Below, one piece after another: positions 39,969-50,761 of a DNA stretch of 64,000 bases. A program made the position numbers and the translations under genes. Source of the DNA: a virus; IMG/VR virus record IMGVR_UViG_3300050821_005035, positions 11,134 to 75,133 of that record. The stretch is one strand, 5' to 3'. The notes beneath the pieces were generated by a model, which saw nothing but the letters and a program-made list of their open reading frames with translations, had not been told where the DNA came from and did not search any database. The stretch's first letter is position 1; each line of letters starts with the position of its first letter.

Positions 39969-40661
39969 TTAAGGCTTCAAAAGCGTGCGACCGATAAACC
40001 CTACCACTACTCCGGCTCCAAACCACTTCAGCTTACCCTTGCGGCATTCGTCCTTCGCGGCCTTCAGCACTTCGCCGTCAGTCTTGATCTGTCCGGCTAG
40101 CACGACCGCGTCCTGTTTGATGATTCCGGCTTGATCTGTAATCGTGCCGAGTTGGTTCTTGATAACGCCAGCTTGCTGTACAACGGTCTGAGAGTCTGCC
40201 AGTCCCTGGTCCAGCTTTGCTACGATCTCTTGACCGAGCGGGAGCGGAACAATAAGATTCTGGGACGGGTCGAGGGTGATTGTGTTTTGTTTGAATCCGG
40301 TTAGCGTCTCGATGCGGTGCCCCAGTTCCGGCGCCGGTAGCGCTTGGTCGTGGATAATCTGGACCTTGGTCTGGGATTGAATCTGCGCGATAGACGCGAG
40401 GAAGGTCGCGTTCTCTTTTTGGCGTTCCGCTTCGTTGGCCGCGTACGCTGCCGCGAGTTGTGACGAGTGATCTTTCTCTACCGCTAGCGCCTGCTCAGCG
40501 GCTGTAGCGCGTGCTTCCTGGATAGATGCTAGCTTTCCCTCGACCTCGTAAATTCCAAAGCCTAGAGCGCACGCCAGCGCCACGTAGAGCACAACGTGGT
40601 GGGCTGTCAGGAAGAGTACCGCTTCGGCTTCGACTGATTTAATTTCCGTTGGAACTGTCAT
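39969..40661 (-). CDS. membrane-anchored coiled-coil protein (possible spanin)
   Basis: N-terminal TM segment, coiled coil and C-terminal hydrophobic segment. Confidence 0.4.
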   Translation of the reverse strand: MTVPTEIKSVEAEAVLFLTAHHVVLYVALACALGFGIYEVEGKLASIQEARATAAEQALAVEKDHSSQLAAAYAANEAERQKENATFLASIAQIQSQTKVQIIHDQALPAPELGHRIETLTGFKQNTITLDPSQNLIVPLPLGQEIVAKLDQGLADSQTVVQQAGVIKNQLGTITDQAGIIKQDAVVLAGQIKTDGEVLKAAKDECRKGKLKWFGAGVVVGFIGRTLLKP

Positions 40662-41082
40662 TCTTTTCCCTCGCTTCCTTCTTCAATCTTTTGCGGTGCG
40701 CCTTCGTCCCGGTCCTCCCGGGATATCCGAAGTGGTCTCTGCCTAGTGCCTGCCACGCAGGCGTTAGTTTCAAATACTGTCCGACTCTGCACACGAACGT
40801 TGCCACGCTCAGCGTCACGACCTTGCCGAGTCCGTACCTCTTGTACGCGTTCTCGATCTTGCCGAGCAACGGATTACACCGGCTGCAAAGTAGGCCGCGA
40901 ATCTTTCCGTCGGCGTGGTCGTGGTCCACAGACAACCTTCGGCCCTTTACTGGTTCCGGCTGGTCGCAGACGTAACAAACGCCGCATTGAAACTGCCAGA
41001 TGAAATCGTACATCTCGGGCGTCAGCTTGTACCCGTCCATAAGACGCTTAGCTCTTGCGCGTAACTTTGTTTTGTCTTCCAC
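40639..41082 (-). CDS. endonuclease VII family protein
   Basis: QCGVCYVC, LSVDHDH..GKIRGLLCSRCN. Confidence 0.85.
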   Translation of the reverse strand: MEDKTKLRARAKRLMDGYKLTPEMYDFIWQFQCGVCYVCDQPEPVKGRRLSVDHDHADGKIRGLLCSRCNPLLGKIENAYKRYGLGKVVTLSVATFVCRVGQYLKLTPAWQALGRDHFGYPGRTGTKAHRKRLKKEAREKNDSSNGN

Positions 41083-42324
41083 ATAAGTTACGGGGATGGG
41101 GTCACAACAGGTCCAATACTCCCTCCCCCAGTTTTGGTTTCCAAGGTCCGAAAAGTCTTACCGACCTTTTCTATAAGTCCGGAAGGTTTTCCGGCTTAAT
41201 TTCGGCGCCTGTGGTGTCGGAATAAAACTGGTTGACGGAACGGGTCGGGTCTTGCTCTACAAGTTTGGCAGAGCACTCCGCGCAATATGGCGGTGTGTCG
41301 ATTTGCAGCATCATCGCCTCAATATTCATAGACGGTACCAGTTCATGGTACCAGCATTCAGGCGCGCGGGAATCGCCTGTCGACGCTACGGTATATTCTT
41401 CTGTGCCGCCCGGGCCTGTGTGTCCGCATCCGGTGCAGACCAAGGTCAGAGCGGGGCCGACAATAAGTGTCATCTTCACAGTGCCGCCTCCGGGTAAGAA
41501 TTTGGCAGTCGTTCCTTCTCGATCTCGTAATACCAGTCATGTGCCAGAATGACGGTGATAACTTCGACCTCGGGGCCGTCATCGGTCGGGTCATACATCT
41601 TCGCAAAAGCAAACTCGCGATTCTGGTGCGCCCAATATTCCTCGTGCACTGTCAGCGGCTCGAAGATGTCGCCTTCGCCTTGGAACTTGTTTTCGCCATA
41701 GTTCCCGGTAATGTATCGGTCCAGGTCCTGCCGTTGTCTACCGTCCACTTGTGGCCTCCTGGGGGGCTTGTACGGCCTCTCTAATCTCTCGCTGGGCTTC
41801 GGCCTTGATAATGCGGTCGATGGCCTTCTGGGGCGTCCCTGACGCTTCCCGGCTGTACGGCTGCTTCCATGTCTTACTCATGACTGGATGTCCTCCTGGG
41901 CGACAACCTGGGCTTGCCCGTCGATCTCGACCAGCACTTCTCCGTTGCCGAGCAGGCCTAGAATAAAGCCCTCGACTTCGGTACCGCGTTCCCTGGTGAC
42001 TCGAACGACCTGATACTTTTTAAACGGCTGCGACATTGTCTTCCTCTTTCTTAAAAACTACTTCCTTGGCGCACTTTTCGCACGCGTCGAAAACTTGTCC
42101 CCGTTCTATGCGCCCGAATCCAGCGACGTTGCGGGAGTCCTGGGTCGGGTGAGTCTTCTCACTCTTCCCGCAAAATCCGCACTTGTCTCGGTCGTATGGT
42201 CCGACGAACTGTTGTTCACTCATCGGCTGCGCCCTTCGCTGCGTCCCATGTCAATCACGGTGATTGCGGTGATTAAGAAAAGTATCCAGAAAATAATCCA
42301 ACCGCCCATGTATCCTCCTGTGCA

Positions 42325-42651
42325 ATTATTGAAAAAGTGCCGAGAACGTGCAATCGGCGAAAATTGTTGGAGGCGTCTTTTAAAGACTCACTGGCCCCAA
42401 CTGGTGGTAACCAGTAGCCTCCTGAGTCAATCTTTGTGATTCGCGGCGCATATCAGGTCGGACATCGTCCGTTTACTCTCTTCCGAGAGAATCTATGCGC
42501 CTTGCAGTAACGTTAGAGGTCTAGGGGCGTCCCGTTTAGAAGCGGGCCTAGTCTTTGCGAGGGCGGTGCCTTGCCGCCTACGTCATAACGTTACTGCGAG
42601 AAGCACTGACTGGTGCCCCGGGTCTCTCAGGTCCGGGGCTGCTCTCCCACT
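42325..42651 (-). ncRNA. putative structured non-coding RNA
   Basis: About 330 nt without a minus-strand ORF, between a promoter and a hairpin plus T run; several long closing helices. Confidence 0.55.
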
Positions 42652-42710
42652 GAAACCAGCTTACCACCGATCTGGTTTTCATGCAATAGTACTTCGGTAC
42701 TGTTTTGGTA

Positions 42711-43160
42711 CTACCGGGCGACCGAGGCGCCGTACCGACCGACCTGTTGACGGACGAAGTGCAGGTGCTTGCAGTTAAGCTTCTTCGCGAACTTGCTCAG
42801 CAGGAAGCTTTCGCAGGAGCAAATCCAGCCGCGAAAGTTTGGACGGCGGAAGTACGCGAACTTGTAGACCTTGCCAGACTCGCCTTTCACTTCGCCGTAC
42901 ACTTTCAAACTCGTGTCATCGTTCTTGGGACGGGTAACCTTCAAAATTTCCATCACGCTGTCGGTGACGGTGGAGCGTTGAACCTCGTCGAGGGTAAAAG
43001 CGCCTTGACGGCCTTTCGCAGCGCCTGTTAGCATTTTCACGCTTACGGCTTCTCCGAAGTTCTCGTCAGCTTCAAAAACTTGGTCAACGGTCCCAGTGCC
43101 TGTCCAGTAGATATTCGCAGAAGCAGGGATAAAAACCTTGTCTCCGATTTCGTATGCCAT
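42711..43160 (-). CDS. SWIM zinc-finger protein
   Basis: WICSCESF...CKH. Confidence 0.7.
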   Translation of the reverse strand: MAYEIGDKVFIPASANIYWTGTGTVDQVFEADENFGEAVSVKMLTGAAKGRQGAFTLDEVQRSTVTDSVMEILKVTRPKNDDTSLKVYGEVKGESGKVYKFAYFRRPNFRGWICSCESFLLSKFAKKLNCKHLHFVRQQVGRYGASVAR

Positions 43161-43230
43161 ATTAAACTTCCTCCTTCGACTTAGAGTCGAACTAGAGAGG
43201 CAAGCCCTCGCTTGCCCCCTTGATTCGCTT

Positions 43231-43554
43231 CTAGGCTTTACGTACCGTGTTCGATGTCTTATCTACTACCATGCCGTCAAAGTACATATCGCGCTCGATC
43301 TTGAGACCGAATTGCAGGCGAACAGACTGCAGTTCTGAAAGGGCAAAGTATCCCAGTTCTTTTTCTTGCAGGTCCGCGAGGCCGAAGAAATTCCAGTCGC
43401 CTTCTTCCGTCTTCTCGGCTTCCAAGACGTACCAGCTGCCTGAGCCGCAGGGGTTGAAGAACTTAACGATCACGGGGGCCACGTCCAATTTTTCGGTCGA
43501 GTACAGCGGGGTCTTCTCCAGCTGTTTAATAATCGCTGCGGTCAGGAGTTTCAT
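43231..43554 (-). CDS. DUF2958-like protein
   Basis: VKFFNP.G...WY..E, FFGLADL..KELGYF.LSEL, IERD.YF. Confidence 0.75.
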   Translation of the reverse strand: MKLLTAAIIKQLEKTPLYSTEKLDVAPVIVKFFNPCGSGSWYVLEAEKTEEGDWNFFGLADLQEKELGYFALSELQSVRLQFGLKIERDMYFDGMVVDKTSNTVRKA

Positions 43555-45244
43555 TACGACACCTTCGCAATCAGGCCGTTGGACATCGTAACGCTGGCGA
43601 ACCACTTGCGCTGGGTGGGGCTGGGTCCGACCACGCAGAACGTGCCGTCTGCCTTATACTCGGGACCGAAGAAAGATGTTTCCTCGTATCGCAGCGACTG
43701 TCCGACTGCGGCCTTAAGGTCCTTCTTTGATTTGTAGCTTGCTCCCATCATCGGTGTATCCTCCAATGAAAGAATTGTCTCATACTTCCCGAAATACGTC
43801 AATGGTACTTTAGTACTGGTTCGACTCCCATATAGCAAATATCGCCTTGCGGTGCTTCTCTGGCTTGCTGCGCTTGTCCTCGATCTTGCGTGTCGCTCCT
43901 GGCTTCTGTGCCTGGTTGCGTGCCACGCGGCGCGCGTTGGTGGCTTGGTCGAAGACTCCGCTTAGAGTTCCGTTTCTGTTACCTTGTACGGTAAATTTTC
44001 GCTTGCCCACTTTTGAGCCTCCTCGTGTGTATCGAAGCGTGCCTCGATTTTTCTCTTGCCAATAAAGCCTACCCACTTGCCAGTAAACCGATTATACCCA
44101 AAGTGGCGGCGCTGGCTGTGCGGTACCACAAGCTCGACGGGTTTCTCTTCCTCGCCCAGACAGTCTGATATAGCTTCCTTGATACTGATGCCGACCTCGT
44201 CATCTAAAATCTGCGCGTAAGGCGAGAGTTCTTGGTCGCACTTAAAGTGCTCGTTGATCGCCTCCAGAATTTCAATCGCCCTTCTTATTCTGCTCATTTT
44301 CTGCCTCCGTCTTCCTAATCTGTGTGTACGTCACGTCTAGAACTTTTTTGAACGTCCCGGTGCCGCGAGCGTGTGCCCGTCTCTCGACGCATCGAACGCC
44401 CGTTGCTCCGAAGCCTAGCCAGCACTCCCGGCGCTTTTGTCCGCAGCGGGTGCAGAATCCTTCTGTGTATAAGTCGCTCACGGTCTCCTCCAGGTGTAAG
44501 TCTGTGATGGTAAAGATAACAACATGCATCCGAGATAACTTTGTCGCCAATATCCCCACAGCGTTGCTATGCGGGACTGGCCTATGAGACTGAGTCGGCG
44601 CTGGCCGAGGCCGTGCAGGTACCACGATGTGCTGGTGGCCTGGGCGGGGTCGGTGTTGTCGACCTCGATTACTTGGAACGGCGCGCGTATCTTCATGCTG
44701 CTCTCCTGGTTGCTTTCAATTCTTCGTTCATCGAATCCGCTTCCAGCCGCAGGTCCCTGGCCTTCATCCGGCCTGCCTCGCTCTGTCGGTCTTCGAAGAG
44801 ATTCGCTTCCCGGTAGAGCATCGAAATCTTTGCGCGAATTGCGTAACGCTCGCCCTTGCTCACGATTTTACCCTACTGATGACTGCTACACAACGCTTGT
44901 CGGGAGTAACTTGAACGTGCCCGATGATGATTTTACGGCTGGCTGCTAGTGCCTGTAATCCGCGCCATGCGGACGTTCCTTGTAATTTCACTATTTCAAA
45001 TGGCGCTTTGATCCTCATTACGGCCTCCCTGTGACGATGAAGTACCACACGATACTTGCGACCACGACCGCCAGCATTATAAATCCGATGTTGCCGTCCA
45101 GCCAATCGGCGATTGCGGTGATGCGGCCTTTCAGGACTGCTATCGAAAGTGCTATCAGGTAGCTCATCACTTCCTCCACTGTCAGAAGTGTACCGCGAGT
45201 CCGAGTTTATTGCAATAGTACGGAAGTACCGATCTTTGCTAGTA

Positions 45245-45793
45245 CTAAAGCTGGGCCAGCTTCGCGGCAATGGCGCGGCGCTGGTACTCTTCCGCTGAGA
45301 ACCGGGGGCGGTCGGTGACCACCGGTTGAACCGCGATGTAGGGGTTGACTGCAGGCATCAGGGAGGCCGCTGGGACCTCTTTAGATGTCATAGTGACCTG
45401 TAGAGCCACCCGCATCCTGGCGCGTGTCTTCGAGCCTTCGATGTTGTCGTACAAAATTCCATCAGTGTAGGCGAAGGCGTGGGTGGTGCAGCATAGAAAG
45501 AAACGGCCAGCGCGAGGAAGACGGTATAGGAAGTGCGAGACAGTGGGGCGCATATGCGAGTTTGTAAAGATTGATTTGTACTCTGAGACGATACCCTCAG
45601 CCTTCAAATCGGCCAGCACCGCGTCGATCATAGGAAGTTTGGTGCCACGGCGCGTCCTGCGGCCTTTGGCCTTGAGTCTGGAATGGATGTCGGCGTACGG
45701 AAGGCCTGTCGCGTTAGCCAGCGCGATGACGCCGCAGTCGTTCGTCTCTCCGGGGATTCTGTCCTTCGTCGCGCCAGCTGATGTCTTGAACAC
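45245..45793 (-). CDS. putative papain-like/C39-like peptidase
   Basis: NDCGVIALA...Y and HAFA..DG..YD give a candidate Cys-His-Asp triad. Confidence 0.45.
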   Translation of the reverse strand: MFKTSAGATKDRIPGETNDCGVIALANATGLPYADIHSRLKAKGRRTRRGTKLPMIDAVLADLKAEGIVSEYKSIFTNSHMRPTVSHFLYRLPRAGRFFLCCTTHAFAYTDGILYDNIEGSKTRARMRVALQVTMTSKEVPAASLMPAVNPYIAVQPVVTDRPRFSAEEYQRRAIAAKLAQL

Positions 45794-48509
45794 TTGGTGT
45801 TCCTCCACTGGATACATGGTCTCATGGAACCGAAATTGGTGCAATAGTACTAGTAGACAATTCTTTGGCACCCGGCGTGCTAGCGGCCTCGGGCCAGAGT
45901 AATCAGTCCCGCGTGGTCGAGAAGCTTGGCGGCAAAGTGTGCGTTGGCGCCCTGGGGGTTCTCGACGCCGTCTATCTCACCGTTCTCGCATGCGTCTGAG
46001 AACCAGCCTAGAATCTTCTCGGCTGATACGACGCGGTTGTCGGGGTATAGGATGTGGAATGTCTCGGACATTACTCGGCCACCCTTTCCGTATCCTGGGA
46101 CCACTTGCAACCGTGAATCGTTCCGTTTTCGTTAGTGTCAGTGCAGTCGCAGTCTTCTTCTTCGGTGATTGAGACCACATCAACGTGGCTGGAGGAGCAG
46201 TTCATGCAGCGAACGACTTCGTCGTCCATAATGAACTGGGGATTCGTTTCGCCGTTCAGCGTTCCGTTACCGCAGTCCTTGCAGATTGCAATGATGTTCA
46301 TGGTGTTCCTCACTGGATGCATTCTCTCACAACCCTGGAAAGCTTGCAATAGTACTTTAGGTTCAATTTTCACTAGTACTACTTGCGTTCCTCCTCGACC
46401 TGCATAATGCAGCAGCCGCCGTAACTGTACCGTGAGACTTGGAAGACCTCTTGGCCGTCGATAGGACGGGTGCAGCGTGCGCAGCAGAGGGTCAGGGCGC
46501 CTTTGACGCGTTGGACGGTCTCGTGTGTGACCTTAGTTATAGGCTTCATAGTCCCAGCCCGGCATTTAAAATTACGATCTCGGAGTCTGATAACACGCGC
46601 GTTGGCGGTATTCTGTCGGTTAACTTTCTTATTGCTCTCCTGGTGCGCTTGTCTTGGAATGACATTCGTGTTTCGCCTTTCAGCTGGTCATTCTCAGGCA
46701 TACGGGAGAATGCCGCGCGAATCAAGTTAATCTCTGCCTGGGATAATTCTACGATGAATGCTGGGTTCATCCGGTCACCGCCGACAGTTCGATATTGTAC
46801 ACCTTGCTGCCGTCGGTCAAGGTTTCCTCGACCAGTTTCAGCTTGACGCTGTCGGAGTTAATGGTAACGTACGTGGTGTCATCATACATCGAAGGACATC
46901 CGAGTAAGTCTTCCAGTGCCTCGATAAGTTCCTTAGCCGTTGTTGCTCGTGCGGTGTCGATCAGCTTTTTGCTCATCCTCGTATTCCTTTCCACAAATAG
47001 AACAGAACGATTTTGATTGCGAAGAGAACCACGATGCGCTTATCCGTTGACATAAGCCACCACTTCCCACCGGCCAGACTCCATACGGTAAAAGGATGCG
47101 GTCAGCCAGAGGCCTTCTCCGATTTCTTCGTGAATTCCTTCATCCGCCCACGTGCCTAAGGAAGAGACAACGTCAAAGTCGTGCAGGCCGAGGATAGAGT
47201 TAATCTGGTAGAGAGGAACGCCGTCGTGGTAGGTGAGGCCGAGCTTGTGCAGGTCGGCGTTAACGGCCTGTTTACGTGCCCTCAGGCTTGGAATTTTTGC
47301 TTTGCAGTTGGTGCAGAGTGTCATGGTCAGTTGCCTCCGTCGTAAGGCTTGACTACGCCGAAAAATACCATCGCGTCGAAGGTGTGGGTCATCACATTGA
47401 CCTTAAGGTCCTGGACGGCTATGTCCAGCTGGCGGTTCATCTCGTGGATAGCAGCGGGGTGCGCGAGGGTGCGGATGTCCTTCGCTAACAGCTGCGCGAA
47501 TAATGAGACGCGAACGACTGAACTAACTGCGTTGTTGTTTTCCATGTTCGTATTCTCTCACCGATCCCGATTTGTGTCAATGGTACTCGTGTAGTACTTT
47601 TGATCGGTACTAATCGACCCAGGTCCCGCAGCAACCTATCTTAGCATCATCGGCCATCGCGCCTAACATCCGGTCGCCCTCCTCGTTGTCGCTGATGCAC
47701 ATAGGCTGAATGTCGACCAGGTCGCCGAGGGTGCCGTTGTCGTTGACTTCGAATTCAAACGTGATGGGCACAAACTCATCGAGGCCATTGCAAGGCCACG
47801 ACTGCGCGAACGTTGCGACCTCCGCTGCAGAGTAGCGAACTTTTTGAAAGCCTCGTGCGCTCATGACTTCCTCTCTTTCATTGCTCTGGCAATCTGGCCC
47901 TCGTCTGGTCTATTGCTCACTTCCAATCGTAGTACGGTGGTGACCTGTTTGCCGTCGGCCCAGGTCTCTTCGAACTCCCGGCAGGTGCGGCCTGACGCTG
48001 CAGCTGAGACAACGAACGCGTTGCGTTGGTCTTGTCCGGCTGGTGTGTTGGGGAAGGTGAAAGTGTCGGTCATGCTGCCTCCGTCGGGGAAATAGGTGCA
48101 ACCAGTTTCATTCTCGCGATTGCCGCGTCTGTCTCGGGTGTTGCGTAGCAGCCGCCGATTGAGAAAAAGTTGGACGGCGATGTGTGGTCAAGCTTGTAGA
48201 ACGTGTAGGTGCCGCCGAAACGTGTCCGGAATCTAATGTGGTGAACGTCCTTCGGGTCCAATGCCTCTATCATCGCAACCTGTGTTGCAATCGTTGCGCA
48301 GCGCGCACAGTCGATCTCTAGTCCTATAATAGTGGTGTCGGGGAACAGGTTGTAGTTTCCAGAGTACTCCTCGTGCCCACAAGACAGATGCGCAACATAC
48401 ACGGTACCGAATCCGCTTGATGTTGGGTGATTGGAGAAGCTGAGAATTTTGCTCACGTTGTTCCTCACTGGTTGCATCGTCTCACGCATCCGGATTTCAC
48501 GCAATAGTA

Positions 48510-48674
48510 CTACTGGCTAATTCTTTGGCCCTCGGATTGCTTGGCATCTTTGGACTCGAACCACTCGGACACGATGAGTCTGACCAGGTGCGCGACCGAG
48601 ACCTGGTTGCGGTCGGCTGTGCGCTTGAGTCGGTCGAGCAGTTCAGGCGGCATGTGGAGGAGGAATGGCTTCAT
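48510..48674 (-). CDS. ribbon-helix-helix regulator (not in the ORF track)
   Basis: Manual translation MKPFLLHMPPELLDRLKRTADRNQVSVAHLVRLIVSEWF; ATGA-coupled to the upstream gene. Confidence 0.75.
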   Translation of the reverse strand: MKPFLLHMPPELLDRLKRTADRNQVSVAHLVRLIVSEWFESKDAKQSEGQRISQ

Positions 48675-49147
48675 TGGAATATGTCCGGCCTCAGGAGCAT
48701 GTAACGATAGAAGTGGTCGAGTCCTCGCTCTTTCAGAATCCTGTATGGCGGGATGATACCGAATTCTAGAATCAACTCTTGAGCAGTCGCGATGTGCATT
48801 TTTCTCTCTTCGTCCTTGCGCTGCAATCTTGTCTTAGAACCATTTGTGTCGCTACCACACAGCGCACATCGTCTGTTGTATACAGGATGATGCTCATGAA
48901 TAAGTCTGTCCTCTTCGTTCCTTGCCTCTTCCACGGTCTCGAAGAAGTCGACCGAAACCTGGTCGCATTCTGTAAAGGCCTTAGATCGAAGTCCTTCCTT
49001 CTTGAGTTTGCCTCTAAGCACTCGGGAATACCCTATAGACGAAGAACCAACGTATGTCGGCTTGCCTGCCTTGCTGACCACATAAGTGCAGGGAGACCAA
49101 AACATGCGTAACGACTCTTTGTCTATTATGGTGTTGCCAGTTCTCAT
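48671..49147 (-). CDS. GIY-YIG-like nuclease domain protein
   Basis: CTY...YVGSS...R...E.RLI....PVYN. Confidence 0.6.
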   Translation of the reverse strand: MRTGNTIIDKESLRMFWSPCTYVVSKAGKPTYVGSSSIGYSRVLRGKLKKEGLRSKAFTECDQVSVDFFETVEEARNEEDRLIHEHHPVYNRRCALCGSDTNGSKTRLQRKDEERKMHIATAQELILEFGIIPPYRILKERGLDHFYRYMLLRPDIFQ

Positions 49148-49154
49148 GTCGGGA

Positions 49155-49401
49155 AGCATAGCAAACCTATATAGGTTTGTCAACGCCAAACTCGCAGAAT
49201 TGTGTCCAATATGATACCCCATTTTATGACACCTTGTTGGGGCAGGAAAGTAGAGGACAGTGCCAAACACGGTGTCATGAAAGTGGCGGTCTGGGACACG
49301 AGCTCGCTGAAACCTATATAGGTCTCGTGGAAGTCAGGTCAATAGTAACTAATTGAACACAAAAAATGGTTCACATAAGGATATTCAAGACCTATATAGG
49401 T
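49155..49401. promoter_or_regulatory. three ACCTATATAGGT palindromes (putative operators)
   Basis: Copies at 49165..49176, 49312..49323 and 49390..49401; the first lies in the spacer of TTGACA-17-TATGCT. Confidence 0.7.
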
Positions 49402-49878
49402 TTGAAACTTCGCGCGTCAGGCCCGGACGCCTTTTCCGTATGACACAATCCAATCGCGCGCTGGTAAGTCCTTCCGCGTTGATATGTTACGAGCGGATTT
49501 TTCCAAAACACGGTGTCATACAGGTCAAATGACACAATCCTGTGACGCGCTCGACCTCCGAATGTCCGAAAAACTCCCCATTCTTCGAACATAGACACAA
49601 AGTGTCAACTCGATCACGTCAGAGCGGCGCCCAAGGTCAAATCATTGCAGTGACCCCAACCGCGATACTTTTGACAGCTTGCGGGTGACCTTACCCAGTG
49701 ACGAATCACTCCGATTCAACCCAACAGAAACACTCGGCACCACGCGCAACCTGCTTAATCTTAAAGACTTACAAGATGTGACAACACATGGGCAGCGAGC
49801 CGCGATTGTCAGCAAATTCTTAGAGAGCGATTTTCTCGCCGCAACTCCAGCATTTTCAACGATTTCCCACTTCGGCAA

Positions 49879-50124
49879 CGATCTTGCTCCCCCAGCAAGC
49901 CAAGGGCCAAAGCTTAAACCACTGATTCGACGGCATTTAGCCTCGATCTGGCAGTTTGTCATTTAATAGTGCATTAATCGCCAACCCTCCTTGCAAGGGT
50001 TCGGGCAACGATCTAGGTCTGGGCAGCTGGCCCGAGCATAGAGCGCCGACTTCCTTGGCGCTGTTGATATCAAACGACTTACGAAATATTTTCGAGTATG
50101 GCCTCGATCTTGCTCCCCCAGCAA
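49879..50124. repeat. 20-bp direct repeat CGATCTTGCTCCCCCAGCAA, two copies
   Basis: Copies at 49879..49898 and 50105..50124. Confidence 0.85.
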
Positions 50125-50312
50125 TTGCATGGCCGGGGGCACTGGCATGCCGCAGTCGCCCCTAGGCGGCCTCGACCGTCCGCCCACGTATTCGTGGCAA
50201 GTGCTCATGTACCCAGGGGATGTCACACCCCCAGGATAAGTACCGCCTTATCTATAGGTTACCCCCGCCACCCTGCCAGGGGGCGGTCACCAGACCCACC
50301 CCGCCTTTTCTC

Positions 50313-50341
50313 TTGACATAGGCCGGGATGTGTGGTATAGT
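50313..50341 (+). promoter_or_regulatory. promoter of the rightward arm
   Basis: TTGACA-17-TATAGT with TGTGG. Confidence 0.8.
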
Positions 50342-50436
50342 GTTTTCAGTATTCAGAAGTTAGGAACGTCCGGCCTGATCTCCGGACGCGCGGTGGGGTG
50401 CTCATATCACCCCACTGCCCCTTATATGAGGAGGCT

Positions 50437-50721
50437 GTGATTAGCAACAATTATGTGGAACCCACAAACCCGTTCGATGTTATTCTACCTGGCGACCCTG
50501 GTTATGTGGAACCCACAAAGTCTAACTATGTGGAACCCACAAAGTCTAACTATGTGGAACCCACAAGCGACCGGCACAGCACCAAAGGATTCACGGTTCG
50601 TGTGGAACCCACAACGAGAGAGCAGATACGAAGGCTCTCCGAGAGAACAGGTTTTTCGACAAACGACATAATCAAGGCATGCATCAAGCGGGCTATGCCT
50701 TACCTGGAAGATAAGTTTTAA
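50437..50721 (+). CDS. RHH regulator with N-terminal YVEPT repeats
   Basis: GAGGAGG RBS; C-terminal FTVRVEPTTREQIRRLSERTGFSTNDIIKACI. Confidence 0.7.
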   Translation: MISNNYVEPTNPFDVILPGDPGYVEPTKSNYVEPTKSNYVEPTSDRHSTKGFTVRVEPTTREQIRRLSERTGFSTNDIIKACIKRAMPYLEDKF

Positions 50722-50761
50722 ACACAATCCCCCTAGAAAGTAGGGGATAAGGAAGCACCCA

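Larger units (their letters stand above)
42658..48512 (-). promoter_or_regulatory. array of seven related early promoters
   Basis: GTAC(T/C)A-TTG(C/A)NN-17bp-(G/T)ANNNT; -10/-35 spans at 42658..42686, 43774..43802, 45187..45215, 45816..45844, 46321..46349, 47552..47580, 48476..48504. Confidence 0.8.

Noticed and set aside
44478-45018. Similar N-termini MKIRAPFQVI and MRIKAPFEIV in two nearby small ORFs
   Set aside because: The similarity is limited to about 10 residues, too short to support paralogy.
49392-50316. ORF-track calls in the divergence region, and antisense ORFs throughout the window
   Set aside because: They have no RBS or recognisable motifs, and they overlap regulatory repeats or well-supported genes on the other strand.
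50454-50613. CRISPR array
   Set aside because: The repeats are only 13-16 bp, in frame within a gene, with identical short spacers and no cas genes.
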